Positions 18,473-29,209 of a stretch of 64,000 nucleotides of DNA are shown piece by piece. The first letter of the stretch is position 1, and each line of letters opens with the position of its first letter. The position numbers were made by a program, and so were the translations under genes. The notes beneath the pieces were generated by a model, which searched no databases, was not told where the DNA came from, and saw nothing but the letters and a program-made list of their open reading frames with translations. Source of the DNA: an uncultured cyanobacterium (GTDB taxonomy: Bacteria > Cyanobacteriota > Cyanobacteriia > Cyanobacteriales > CAWCAG01); assembly GCA_963803805.1 (NCBI GenBank), contig CAWDOD010000007.1:174328-238327 (forward strand), in the 5' to 3' direction.

Positions 18473-21139
18473 TTAACGCCAATTGCCTACTAAAATAAAA
18501 GGACTCCAGTAGTAAGGTTTGCGATATTCACCCTCTCTGTTTAATAAACTTAACTGAGCATTTTGTAAAGCTTGTGCTTTCGTCAACCATTCTCCTGCTT
18601 CGGTTTTGCTCCCTAACTCCTGATAAAATTTCCCCATCAACATAGCAGTGGATTGATCGTTAACCGGATATAAAGAGGCAACAGCACTACGCGCCCCTGC
18701 TTGCAGTGCTACACCTGCCATACCTAATGCAGCACGTTTGTCGCCACTGGCCGTTTCACAAGCACTCAAAACTAATAGTTCTATTGCTGTGGTGTTGATT
18801 TCTGTTTGGTTTCTAATTAGGTTATCAAATTGGATTAAATTAATTTCTTCTTGGAAGGCATAAAGATAAGTTTCTTCAGGGCGAGAACTAAAAATGCCGT
18901 GGGTAGCAATATGAACTATAGAAAAGGGTTTTGTTTCTATTTGTTGTTGGAAGGTAGCTTTGGTAAAAGTGTTATTTTTGATAATTTTACTATTTGGTCT
19001 AGATTCCTGAATTTCTATTAGTTCATCCTCAACGTAAGGCAAAGCAGAAGCACCGAGATTTTCTTCGCTAACTCCTGCTGCTAATAGTAAAGTATCTTGG
19101 TCAAGAATTTGTGTATTCTCTGGTATTTGTAAGCCTAAGCTAGAAGCTAAACTATATTTTTCAATTAAATATTTTTCTCCGTCATGAAGAGTAGCTAGAG
19201 GAATACTTCGCAGAGAACCATTTAAGACAAAGGCTAAAGTATCTACTGAATATTTTTGTAATTCTAAGTCGATATCTTGCAAGATCAGTTTATATAATTC
19301 TTGAAAAGATGAGGCATTATTAGCAGATTTTTTTTGTTTAATATCTGTTTGTATTTTCTCAACTAAATTATCTAATTCCTGAGCAGTAATATTAATAGTA
19401 TAAGTTTTTAGTTCTGATTCTTGGGGTAGCTTAACAACAATTTCTAAACGGTTAGCAAAAATAATCGGATAAATAACAGCTACAGGTAAGTTATCTTTGT
19501 CAACAATTTCTTGAATAGAAACGCGATCGCCATTTTGCAGTTGACAGCGTAGATAGTCTTCTAATTCCGCTAGCTGCAACTTTTCCATGACAGCAACTGC
19601 TTTTTGCAAATAAGTTTGTCTCTGATCTAAATCTTTGTTGCTGCTTTTTGCTTTTTCTGGTTGTTTAGCAGTTTGTAACAATAAGTCAGCTAATTCTCGA
19701 TAAACTGGTTCAACATCATCACGAAAGTTAAATTTGAGGTCAGTATTATTGAGAGACAATAAATCTTTCCTGACTTTATCTACTTCATTAATGGCATTTT
19801 CATAGGCTGCGATCGCACTCTCTTCTTCTCCCTTTTGACGAATAATTCTGCCTAGCTGCCACTGGGTTTGATAACTAAGATCAGCACCATAAACTTCCTG
19901 TTTGGCTTGTTGAGTTTCAATTAGTTTGAACGCCTGTTCGGTTAATTGTTGTGCTTCAGCTAATTGTCCGTTACTAGCATATAATTGACCTAAATATTTG
20001 AGAGCAAAAGCTTCAGAACGAGTATCTCTTAAACTGCGGGCAGATGTAACAGCATTGGTTAATAAATTAAGGGTATTTGAGTTGAATTGTTTAGCATTGG
20101 ATAGTTGCATCAAACTATTAGCTAAGTTAAGCTGAGAATAGAGGCGATCGCGCCCAATATGCAAGTTATTAATCCCCGCAATAAGTTCAGGTAATTCAGT
20201 AAGTAGTTGTCGCAATTGCTGCTCAACTTCTTGGCCAAGTTGAGTATCTTCCTTTGCTAGTTGTAGTAACCACGGCTGGGCTTCAATGAGTAAGTTAAGA
20301 TGGTTCAATTTTGCTTTGTAACTGAGGGCTAAACTAGGAGAATCGGCACTTTGTTGATAATAAATTAAAGCTTGCCCTAATTTTTCCTTAGCTTTTGTTA
20401 AATCATTAGGTATACCAAGGCGTTGATAATTATCTTGCCAGTGGGAGTAAGCTGCCCTGGCAGTATTGCCTAAACTGAGGAGAGATTCATGATAACCGGG
20501 GGAAAAGTCAGCAGAGATAACTAAACTAGCTTGCAGTAACTCTTCTACTTGTTGCAGATAATCCTTCTCTTCATCTCCTGGTAACAGAGGATTTTTTACC
20601 TTACCTGTAACTAACAAAAGATTCGCCATCAGCCGCAAACTTGTTGCCTTAATTTCTGAATCTTCTTGCTGCTGCCAGTACCTAAAAGCAGGAATCAGAG
20701 TATTAATTGCTTCACGATGCAACCCTAATTCTTGGAGTGCGATCGCTTGATAAACTTGACTACGATGTAAACCGGAATTATCCTTCCCTTGGGCATATTG
20801 TTCTGCTGCTAGTTGCCAACTGTATAAAGCGGCTTCAGCTTTCCCTATACCAAACTGTATTTTACCTTGAAGTTCTAACGCTTGGGCTAGCAATTGCCAT
20901 TTTCGAGGAGAATCAAACTGTTGTAGTTGCGCTAAAGTATTTGCGATCGCTTCCTGGGCTAGTTGCCATTGTCCCTGTTGTTGATAAACTTGGGCTTGGG
21001 CAAGTTGTTTTTCAATTTCTTCTGTAGGTAATGCTTCAGCAACTGTAGTTCCTGTATTTGCAGGCTGAAGGGGAAAAGCTACTACAGGACAACAGATAAT
21101 TATTAAGGCGAGGGACAAAGGTAGATGTAGTTTGACCAT
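18473..21139 (-). CDS. Exported TPR + CHAT domain protein (caspase-like peptidase)
   Basis: Signal-like N-terminus; TPR-like helices; FRDDVEPVYREL; CHAT motifs VHIATHG and VLSACETASG; PYYWSPFILVGNW. Confidence 0.92.
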   Translation of the reverse strand: MVKLHLPLSLALIIICCPVVAFPLQPANTGTTVAEALPTEEIEKQLAQAQVYQQQGQWQLAQEAIANTLAQLQQFDSPRKWQLLAQALELQGKIQFGIGKAEAALYSWQLAAEQYAQGKDNSGLHRSQVYQAIALQELGLHREAINTLIPAFRYWQQQEDSEIKATSLRLMANLLLVTGKVKNPLLPGDEEKDYLQQVEELLQASLVISADFSPGYHESLLSLGNTARAAYSHWQDNYQRLGIPNDLTKAKEKLGQALIYYQQSADSPSLALSYKAKLNHLNLLIEAQPWLLQLAKEDTQLGQEVEQQLRQLLTELPELIAGINNLHIGRDRLYSQLNLANSLMQLSNAKQFNSNTLNLLTNAVTSARSLRDTRSEAFALKYLGQLYASNGQLAEAQQLTEQAFKLIETQQAKQEVYGADLSYQTQWQLGRIIRQKGEEESAIAAYENAINEVDKVRKDLLSLNNTDLKFNFRDDVEPVYRELADLLLQTAKQPEKAKSSNKDLDQRQTYLQKAVAVMEKLQLAELEDYLRCQLQNGDRVSIQEIVDKDNLPVAVIYPIIFANRLEIVVKLPQESELKTYTINITAQELDNLVEKIQTDIKQKKSANNASSFQELYKLILQDIDLELQKYSVDTLAFVLNGSLRSIPLATLHDGEKYLIEKYSLASSLGLQIPENTQILDQDTLLLAAGVSEENLGASALPYVEDELIEIQESRPNSKIIKNNTFTKATFQQQIETKPFSIVHIATHGIFSSRPEETYLYAFQEEINLIQFDNLIRNQTEINTTAIELLVLSACETASGDKRAALGMAGVALQAGARSAVASLYPVNDQSTAMLMGKFYQELGSKTEAGEWLTKAQALQNAQLSLLNREGEYRKPYYWSPFILVGNWR

Positions 21140-21304
21140 TGTGATTTGTTCAACTAGTACTCTACCCTCTTCTCTTGTTGTAGTGAGAGATTTTATGCGA
21201 AAGAGAAGAATTGTTTACAAAAGTTGACCAAACAACAGACTTTTACCAGTGGAAGCCTGTACAATGCTCCTTGATATATTTTTAAGTGTATCTACTAGAT
21301 AAAT

Positions 21305-23032
21305 ATGAAATCTTGCCTCGTAGCTAAGTATTTCCTCTCCTATTCGTTTTGTTTGCTATTAACTGGATGGTTTACCACTACCCTTAGTCTTGCCCAAAAC
21401 CCACCACCACCAGAAATAGAACCTCCTTCTACCCGTCCTCAACCTTTGGAATCACCACAAAAGCTGCCTCCACCGGAAGACTTGTTACCTCCTTTACCTA
21501 CTCCTACCCCACCAGACAATCCATCTCTCCCGACAGTTGAAACCTTTGAAGTTAAGGAAATTCAAGTAGAGGGTAGCACATTATTCACCGAAGCAGAGTT
21601 AAAGGAAATCATCGCCCCCTTCCTCAACAAATCCCTATCTCTGCCTGAACTTCAGCAGGTAGCATTAGCTGTAGAGAAATATTACCTTGAGCAAGGATAT
21701 CTTACTTCGGGGGCTTATGTTTCCCGGTTCGACATTGGGGAAGGCATCTTAACTATTCAAGTAGTAGAAGGGGGCATAGAAAAGATTAGAATCACTGGTA
21801 CAAAAAGACTCAATCCTAGCTATATTCGTAGTCGTCTTGCGATCGCTACCACAACTCCCCTCAACAAAGAAAGACTCTTAGAAGCTTTGCAACTCTTGCG
21901 TAGTGATCCTTTGATTGATAGGATCAGGGCTGATTTATTGGATAGTTCCCGCCTCGGACAAAGTATTCTGGAAATTAAAATAACCGAAGCTGATAGTTTT
22001 CGCACCGACTTTAGTTACAATAACCAGCGTTCCCCTAGTGTAGGGACTAATCGTTTAGGTTTGAGTTTCAATGAAGGGAATTTACTAGGATTAGGAGATT
22101 CCCTACGCCTAGGCTACTACCACAGCGAAGGCAGCGACAGTTTAGATTTTGGTTATGAATTACCTATTAATCCCCGTAATGGCAGCATTAGCTTTGCCCA
22201 TGGTACAACCTCAAGTCAGGTAATCGAAGACCCCTTTGCCATCCTAAATATCGAATCAGACTCCCGCTACTACGAAATCAGCCTACAACAACCAGTTAAA
22301 CGCACACCCAGAGAAGAAATGACCCTTGGCTTAACAGCTTCACGCCAGGAAAGTGAAAGTTCTCTTTTAGGTATTGCCATCCCTCTTGCTGTAGGGGCTG
22401 ATGCCCAGGGGCGTGTCCGTGTCTCCACTTTGCGGTTTTTCCAAGAATGGGTAAAGCGTGGAGACAGGGAAGTAATAGCTTTGCGATCGCAGTTTAACTT
22501 AGGAGTAGGGGCAATGTCTGCCACAATCAACGAAGCTGAACCCGATAGTTTATTCTTCTCCTGGCGTTTGCAAGGACAGTGGCTGCGCCTACTTGCACCG
22601 GATACCTTGTTAGTAGTCAGGGGAAATGTACAACTTGCAGACCAAGCTTTACTTAGTTTAGAACAGTTCGGAATAGGTGGGCAAAACACCGTCAGGGGTT
22701 ATCGCCAAGATTTCTTACTTGCTGACAATGCTGCCACCGTTTCTGGGGAATTACGTTGGCCCATTTTACGGGTATCTGATTGGGATAGCGTTTTACAGTT
22801 AACCCCTTTCTTTGACTTTGCCACAGTTTGGAATAATTCTAGGAATCAGGGACAACGTAGGGAATTAAATAATCATAACTTAGCTTCTGTTGGTTTAGGT
22901 TTACGTTGGCAACAGGGGGATAATTTAGCCTTAAGTTTGGCTTGGGGTATTCCTCTGATTAGTGTCGATAGTTCAGAGAATACCTGGCAGGAACAAGGCT
23001 GGCATTTTTCGGTTATTTACAGTCCTTTTTGA
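21305..23032 (+). CDS. ShlB/FhaC/HecB family two-partner secretion outer-membrane protein (TpsB)
   Basis: POTRA-like segments (Y...GY.TSGA; VVEG.IE.I), VRGYRQD motif, C-terminal aromatic F. Confidence 0.93.
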   Translation: MKSCLVAKYFLSYSFCLLLTGWFTTTLSLAQNPPPPEIEPPSTRPQPLESPQKLPPPEDLLPPLPTPTPPDNPSLPTVETFEVKEIQVEGSTLFTEAELKEIIAPFLNKSLSLPELQQVALAVEKYYLEQGYLTSGAYVSRFDIGEGILTIQVVEGGIEKIRITGTKRLNPSYIRSRLAIATTTPLNKERLLEALQLLRSDPLIDRIRADLLDSSRLGQSILEIKITEADSFRTDFSYNNQRSPSVGTNRLGLSFNEGNLLGLGDSLRLGYYHSEGSDSLDFGYELPINPRNGSISFAHGTTSSQVIEDPFAILNIESDSRYYEISLQQPVKRTPREEMTLGLTASRQESESSLLGIAIPLAVGADAQGRVRVSTLRFFQEWVKRGDREVIALRSQFNLGVGAMSATINEAEPDSLFFSWRLQGQWLRLLAPDTLLVVRGNVQLADQALLSLEQFGIGGQNTVRGYRQDFLLADNAATVSGELRWPILRVSDWDSVLQLTPFFDFATVWNNSRNQGQRRELNNHNLASVGLGLRWQQGDNLALSLAWGIPLISVDSSENTWQEQGWHFSVIYSPF

Positions 23033-23064
23033 GAGAATTTGACTGTTTTGAGTGCGATGGCGAA

Positions 23065-23232
23065 ACCCGCCACGGATTAAAATCCATGTCTAGCAGCCTA
23101 AGTCATCTTTAAGATGACTTCCAAACGCTGTAGTCTTCCCCAAGAAAAACTGTAACAAAACTCCTAAAAATTAATCTCCTAGTCATCTTGAGATGACTTA
23201 AGTTGTTAGCCCCGAATTAATTCGCGGGCGGT
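23065..23232. repeat. Palindromic MITE/REP-like element, copy 1
   Basis: Two AGTCATCT..AGATGACT palindromes at 23101 and 23181 plus a GGATT..AATCC hairpin; homologous to 38927-39057. Confidence 0.7.
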
Positions 23233-23341
23233 ATATGAACAAATATTAAGATATCAGTTTCTCTGCATAAAAGTTGCCGCGTTTTCTAGAGAAGAAACTA
23301 GAAACCCATATTTTAATTTACATGAAAGGGAAGCTTCTACT

Positions 23342-24687
23342 ATGAGATTTAAGCACATTGCTTCTTATCTTAGCTACAGCGTGCTAACACTTGGTATTTG
23401 TTCTCTACCAATTCAAACTGCCCAAGCAGGAACTATTCATAACAATTGGAACTATGTTATAGATTCGCCCAGCGACGGTACAGAAAGAACAGGGTTTGGA
23501 TTTAACCCTACTCCTTATCGAGTTGGGGGTTCAGATAACCCCTTTGAAATGTATGGTATGTCCTTGTTGGATTTAGGCGATCGCGTCACAGTTGCCATAA
23601 CAGGTAATATGCCTTTAGGAGGGGTTGATGATCCTTGGGGATATGTCAATGACGGTAATACAGCCTGGGGAGATTTATTTTTCAACTTTACCGGAGAAGA
23701 TATTCCTACTGCTAACACACGGGAGAACCTATTTGCTGTTCGCTTTGCAGCTAATAACGAAGCCGGAGTTAGCGAACTCGGAGTTTACAAAGATATAACT
23801 CTCAAAAATGTTGCTTCAATCAACGATGGCTGGCCTACTGTTGATAGATATATCAATGCTGTTGAGGCAAAAGGCAGTGATCCTTCAATGGGAGATATAG
23901 ATATAAGAAGTGGCTATTTCGGTGAAGAAAGTTACAACGTAATTGACTCTGGTACAAAAGTAGGTGATGTTGAACTCCTTGACTTGCCAGCTTTAACTGC
24001 ATTAGGGTTAGACTTTGAAAATTTTGATGCTGCTGGTTCAGAAACCTTTGGTTTTAGTTTCGCTAAACCAGAAGGCTTTATCGGCAGTTTCATCAGCCAC
24101 ATCGTCACAGAATGTTTCAATGATGGAGTTGCCCTCAAAGGTGCTTTAACCCTTGGAGGCCCTGTTCTTCCTGGCCCAACTCCTGAACCTTGCGTAGTCA
24201 CAGACGGACAAAAAAATCCTCTGCTACCCAGCTTTATTGATGATGAAGGGTGGGCTGTATTTGAAAATGTAGAAAGTGGTCTGTGGTATGACCCTGTTGC
24301 AGAAATGGGTTTTGAGTTTCAGGCACTAGGGGAAACCCGATTTACTGTGATAGAAGACTTCCCTTGTGGTATTTCCGAAGATGATACCTTTGATGTTTAT
24401 GTAGGTTCCAAACCCTATAGGGATCTTGGCCTGATAAAAGCTTAGTTTTTGACTTCCCAGTTAAAGAATTTAAGATTACTTTTCCCCTTGAAGGTGATTA
24501 CGGGCGGGAGACTTTCCCTGTGAAACTTGACTTTGCCACTGCAACAGGAACTTTTAGAATGCGTCAAATCCCACCACCACCGACTCCTCCTGAACCAGAA
24601 AAAATACCTGAACCTGATTCTGTAATGGCAATTCTAGCTTTAAGCCTTTCCGGACTCATTTGGCGATTGAGTCGCAAGAAAGTTTAG
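23342..24687 (+). pseudogene. PEP-CTERM surface protein (N-domain XDD3-like) with a -1 frameshift at about 24430 (real or assembly indel)
   Basis: Signal peptide; adding one C at GGCC (24428-24431) extends the ORF to ...PPEPEKIPEPDSVMAILALSLSGLIWRLSRKKV*, a PEP-CTERM sorting signal ending at 24687. Confidence 0.8.
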
Positions 24688-24767
24688 GATTTTAGGTTTG
24701 TTGCATTTTAATTAGCGGAGGGAGATAGCTTGTAAGTTGGCTATCTCCCTATTAATTGTGTTTTCTA

Positions 24768-27700
24768 TCAATCGTTTCTCAACAAACAACTAGCAAAAGC
24801 CTGAGAAGTCAGTATAATTTCACCATCCGGTAATTCAAACCAACCTTGCACTTCTTGAATCGATTGATCTGAATGAGATTGCTGTGTATCACTTAATGAT
24901 GTAACCGATGTATTCAGACTATCAATACTACTACTCAATGGATCAGAAGGGTTAGAAGGTAAACCAGCCCTGCCGATGTCGATAAAGACAGAATTTTTCT
25001 CTCCATTACTTCCTACAGCACAACCTTCAGGTAAACCTTCATCTAAAAAACGATCATCTAAGGGATTAAGGCGCAGATTGTCATTAACATTGATCTCAAC
25101 AGTACCATCAATTCCTAACTCAGAACTAGCAGTAAAATCGCTTTCAGAGGTGTTAACCTTTTCAAAGAGTCTAAAACCAAAAATCCCTTTTGCTGTAGCA
25201 GTAATATTACCACCTTGACCTTGTAAAGAACTGGCAATAATATCACTATCTTCTGCAAGAATCGCAACAATAAAGTCACCAACTCTCAGGGTCATATTAC
25301 CACCGCTACCTGTACCATTCGCATTGGTCAAAATATCGCTATCCTGGCGCAGAATCACTGATTTATCTACAAAAAGTTGAATGTTACCGCCATTAGCATT
25401 AATTGTTTCTGTTGTCAGCCTTGCACCGTTGGTCATATTAACAGATTCTGCATTGACTAGTATGTCCCCTGCATTACCTGAGTTGTTACCACTAAGATTA
25501 ACTTGCCCACCATTTTCTATGTTTAACAGCTTTGTATTAATTTCAATACCTTGGGCATTACCAGAACCAGAAGAAGCAAAGACAAGACGACTAGCTTGAC
25601 CACTATTGGCTACACCACTTACTTTCACTAAGTCTGAAGCATTAACAACTAAAGTTCCGCCTTGACCATCGCTAACAGTGGATGCGGATACTTCCCCTCC
25701 ATCTTCAACCAGTAATTGACTGGTGTTAATGACAAAATTACCTGCATTGCCACCACCAAAAGTATCTGATGATAAACCACTTCTAACCTGACCATTAGGG
25801 GTAGTACCTACAACTTTTACAAACTCTGAAGCATTAATAACAACATTTCCAGCTTGTCCTTGTCCTGATGTCGAGGCAAAAATCCTTGCACCTTCTTGAA
25901 GGGTTAATTGCTTAGTATTAACTGTTAAATTTCCGGCATTTCCTGTACTTGTTGCCCCTAAAAATATGCCGCTAAAGTTAGCATTGTTAACTGGATTAAA
26001 ATCGTTACCGATCAAAGTAGCTGACTCGCTGGCATTAACAGTTATTGTCCCCCCTGTTCCTGTACCTTGACTAAAAGCAGAAACGAAAGAACCATTTTCT
26101 AGTTGCAAAGTCTTAGCTTGCATATCAATAACTCCTGCATTGCCATCACCGTTAGTGTTGACGAAAATAAAGCCTCTGTTTAAAGATATACCTTGTTCTG
26201 CGGTTAGAGTAATTTGTCCTGAATCTCCGTTACTGCCTAGGCTATTCATGTCAGCAATGTCACTATTAGCATAAATACCAGAAGTGTTTTCAATATTAAT
26301 TTCTTGAGCATCAACACTGATATTTCCTGCTGTTGCTGTACCGATTATTGCCGTTGTACCAGCAGTCCTTGCAGATAATTCTGCACCATTTTGCAAGGTA
26401 AAACTGCCACCACTACTAAGATTAATATCACCTCCTTTCAGAGTAGATGTGTCTGTATAACTCTCATTAAAAATTCCTTGAGATAATACCAAAGGCGCGT
26501 CGCTGTGGACTCGGACATTGCCTCCCAGTAATCCTCTAGCAAGAATCTCTGCATTAGTAGTAAGTGTTCCTGTTCCTAAGATAGTTACATCGCCACCATT
26601 ACCACCGTAAGTATTAAGTGGTAAACCTCCTCCTATATTTTGATCAAGGGCAGAAGCATTTATACCACCTTGCAAAGTTGTATCTCCCCGTGAATCAATC
26701 TGTATAGAACCCCCTCCCTGTACTTCTCTAGTATCTATAACTCCATTAACTGCAATTCCTCCCGGTAAGCTATTAGGAAAGAATTGATTTGTTAAAACGA
26801 CTCTACCTCCGTCACTACCAGCAAACCCAAAAGCAGTAACAATTTCTCCCGTGGTAATATTGGCATTTGCTAGAGGTGTAGAAAATCTAGGCGGTGGGTT
26901 AGCAGTAAAGAAAGAATTACCATCAATTACACTGTTGTCAGGAGTAGGAATCCCCCCTAAAGCGTTCCAATCAATGCCTGCCCGTATGTCTAAGGTTGGT
27001 CTAGCATTACCATTAATCGTCGGGACTGCTGTACCATCTGATAAATTAAAGTTTGCTAAATCACTATAGGTTGTAGTTGCGTTAATATTGTTTGTATTTC
27101 CAGGGTTAATAGAGTTATTTCCTGTTTCTAAATTATCAATTAATACATCGCCTAAAGCGACGCTACCTCCAGCTAGAATATGCAAAGAAGCACCCTGATA
27201 ATCCCCTAAAATCACATCCCCAGAAGTAATAATTATTGGATCATCAGGACTAAATAAATCTCCTAAACTCCCATCTAATTTCTCCACACGAAAATTCCCC
27301 CCACTCCAATAATGGGCATCACCACCCACTGCATTACCAGAACGCAAAGTTAAATCTCCCCCAGCAAACAAACCACTATCAGGATGATTCAGGGCAAAAA
27401 TATCCACTTTCTCATCACCCTGGACCAACAACTCTCCTCCCGCAGCAGCTACAAAAGGGTTAGTAACACTATCCCTAATCTTCACTTCGTTTGTCGCCAC
27501 TAAGTTAACATCACCGCCACCTTGTACTTCACCAGTTAAATCTAAATTCCGTCCTACCAAGGTTAAATCTTGCCCCACAAGTAACTTACCTCGGTTAACA
27601 ATTTCCGCACGGGGAACATTGTTTCCATACTGCAAACCAGGACGTATATTAACTGTTAAAAGAGGAGGTGCATCGGGATTAGTAGCACTAAATTCTCTCC

Positions 27701-28136
27701 CATTTTCTAGCAACAAACTATCAGCAGTGCTAACGAAAAAAGACCCAGCAATATCTAAACGGGCATTTTCGCCAAAGAAGACACCGTTAGGATTAATTAA
27801 GAATAAATTTGCCGTACCGTCAACCCCTAAAGTACCTAATATTTCTGAGGGATTGTTACCAGTTACGCGGGTTAATATATTGTTGATTGCTGCTGGATTT
27901 TCAAAGTAAACCCGTTGCAATTCCCCGACATTAAACTGACTGAAACTGTGAAAAAGATTAGTACCACGAATAGCGCCGCCAGTGATTAATTCTCCTGGTA
28001 GGCCCTTGATTTGGGTATTGTTGATGATTTGGGAGTTTTCTTGTCCCAAGGTTGCATCAGGGGTGATTTGGGCTTGCAGAGGAGAAGCAGAGAAGAGGGT
28101 TGTAGTGAGTAGTAATAAGGTGGTTAGTTTGGACAT
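24768..28136 (-). CDS. Filamentous haemagglutinin N-terminal domain protein (TpsA-like)
   Basis: AQITPDATL, NLFHSFSQFNV, NILTRVTG, ANLFLINPNG; Gly/Asn-rich beta-helix repeats; C-terminal ITASSELG-like and GRAGLP motifs. Confidence 0.93.
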   Translation of the reverse strand: MSKLTTLLLLTTTLFSASPLQAQITPDATLGQENSQIINNTQIKGLPGELITGGAIRGTNLFHSFSQFNVGELQRVYFENPAAINNILTRVTGNNPSEILGTLGVDGTANLFLINPNGVFFGENARLDIAGSFFVSTADSLLLENGREFSATNPDAPPLLTVNIRPGLQYGNNVPRAEIVNRGKLLVGQDLTLVGRNLDLTGEVQGGGDVNLVATNEVKIRDSVTNPFVAAAGGELLVQGDEKVDIFALNHPDSGLFAGGDLTLRSGNAVGGDAHYWSGGNFRVEKLDGSLGDLFSPDDPIIITSGDVILGDYQGASLHILAGGSVALGDVLIDNLETGNNSINPGNTNNINATTTYSDLANFNLSDGTAVPTINGNARPTLDIRAGIDWNALGGIPTPDNSVIDGNSFFTANPPPRFSTPLANANITTGEIVTAFGFAGSDGGRVVLTNQFFPNSLPGGIAVNGVIDTREVQGGGSIQIDSRGDTTLQGGINASALDQNIGGGLPLNTYGGNGGDVTILGTGTLTTNAEILARGLLGGNVRVHSDAPLVLSQGIFNESYTDTSTLKGGDINLSSGGSFTLQNGAELSARTAGTTAIIGTATAGNISVDAQEINIENTSGIYANSDIADMNSLGSNGDSGQITLTAEQGISLNRGFIFVNTNGDGNAGVIDMQAKTLQLENGSFVSAFSQGTGTGGTITVNASESATLIGNDFNPVNNANFSGIFLGATSTGNAGNLTVNTKQLTLQEGARIFASTSGQGQAGNVVINASEFVKVVGTTPNGQVRSGLSSDTFGGGNAGNFVINTSQLLVEDGGEVSASTVSDGQGGTLVVNASDLVKVSGVANSGQASRLVFASSGSGNAQGIEINTKLLNIENGGQVNLSGNNSGNAGDILVNAESVNMTNGARLTTETINANGGNIQLFVDKSVILRQDSDILTNANGTGSGGNMTLRVGDFIVAILAEDSDIIASSLQGQGGNITATAKGIFGFRLFEKVNTSESDFTASSELGIDGTVEINVNDNLRLNPLDDRFLDEGLPEGCAVGSNGEKNSVFIDIGRAGLPSNPSDPLSSSIDSLNTSVTSLSDTQQSHSDQSIQEVQGWFELPDGEIILTSQAFASCLLRND

Positions 28137-28179
28137 GGTAGAGTTTTTCTATGAAGATTAGTTGAAATGAAATTATGCT

Positions 28180-28270
28180 GTAGGGACGGCCTGCTTGCGT
28201 TATTTTTGTACCTCACAAACCGATAAGATTGGGTGATCTTTTCGGGGATTATTGGTGGGGAGGGGGACGT
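28180..28270. repeat. Degenerate partial REPIN-like copy
   Basis: GTAGGGACGGCCTG followed by TTATTTTTGTACCTCACAAACC..., shared with the 142-bp elements. Confidence 0.7.
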
Positions 28271-28412
28271 GTAGGGGCGACCCGCCTACGTTGTTTTTGT
28301 ACCTCACAAACCAATAAAATTGGGTCGCCCTTTCGGGGTTTATGGGTAGGGAGGGCGACCCAAGATGATTTGTTTTTGGGTTGCCAAAGTTATGTCAACG
28401 GGTCGCCCCTAC
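28271..28412. repeat. 142-bp REPIN-like element (left of RAYT)
   Basis: Bounded by inverted GTAGGGGCGACCCG / CGGGTCGCCCCTAC, with an internal inverted pair TTGGGTCGCCCT / AGGGCGACCCAA. Confidence 0.85.
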
Positions 28413-28942
28413 GGATTGGGATGGGCGATCGCTTGGATATTCATTGAATCCGTTGCCCAGTCCAGAGGATTATTGACAATGTAAGCTCGGATTTTTTCTA
28501 AAGCAAATTCGTCGGGAATAATTCGGTCATAAAAGTTTCTTTGCCATACTTGTAACTGGGAATTTCTGTTCGCAATTCTCCATTTTTTGGTAACTTGAGA
28601 CTTGAACTGCCCAATGATGGCGCTTACAGAATTAGCTGTGGGGCCATTTCTTATTTGAGAAATAGGTTTAGGGAGAGGAAACTTTCTATTAATAATCATG
28701 ATGCCATGAAAATGATTGGGCATAATAACATAGCTATCTAACTCAATGTAAGAACGTACTTTAGGAGTTATAAGCCATTCATGTTCTACAATTTTGCCAA
28801 GGGGAGAAAGTTGTACTAATCCGGCCACAATTTTGCTAAGAGTGCATTCTTTGCGGTAGGTACAAATAGTAATAAAGTAAGCTCCCGATTGAGTATAATC
28901 ATATCCCGGTAAACGACGGGAAGAACGATGGTAGTTAGACAC
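28409..28942 (-). CDS. REP-associated tyrosine (Y1/HUH) transposase, RAYT-like
   Basis: RLPGYDYTQSGAYFITICT, MPNHFHGI (HUH), WQRNFYDRII, IRAYIVNNP. Its stop codon lies inside the flanking REP. Confidence 0.9.
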   Translation of the reverse strand: MSNYHRSSRRLPGYDYTQSGAYFITICTYRKECTLSKIVAGLVQLSPLGKIVEHEWLITPKVRSYIELDSYVIMPNHFHGIMIINRKFPLPKPISQIRNGPTANSVSAIIGQFKSQVTKKWRIANRNSQLQVWQRNFYDRIIPDEFALEKIRAYIVNNPLDWATDSMNIQAIAHPNP

Positions 28943-28975
28943 AATTTTTGGTGATTATTTTTGATTAATTATGCT

Positions 28976-29117
28976 GTAGAGGCGACCCGCCTACGTTATT
29001 TTTGTACCCCACAAACCGATAAAATTAGATGTTTTTTCGGGGATTATTTGGTGGGGAGGGCGACCCAATATGATTTATTTTTAGGTCGCCAAGGTTATGT
29101 CAACGGGTCGCCCCTAC
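28976..29117. repeat. 142-bp REPIN-like element (right of RAYT)
   Basis: GTAGAGGCGACCCG ... CGGGTCGCCCCTAC; same length and orientation as 28271-28412. Confidence 0.85.
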
Positions 29118-29209
29118 GGATTGTTGGGTGGTGTGCGTAAGCGTAGCCATGCCGGAGGCTTATCGTACAGGTGACAATTTAAAAATATACCCATCATCAA
29201 AATCATGTT

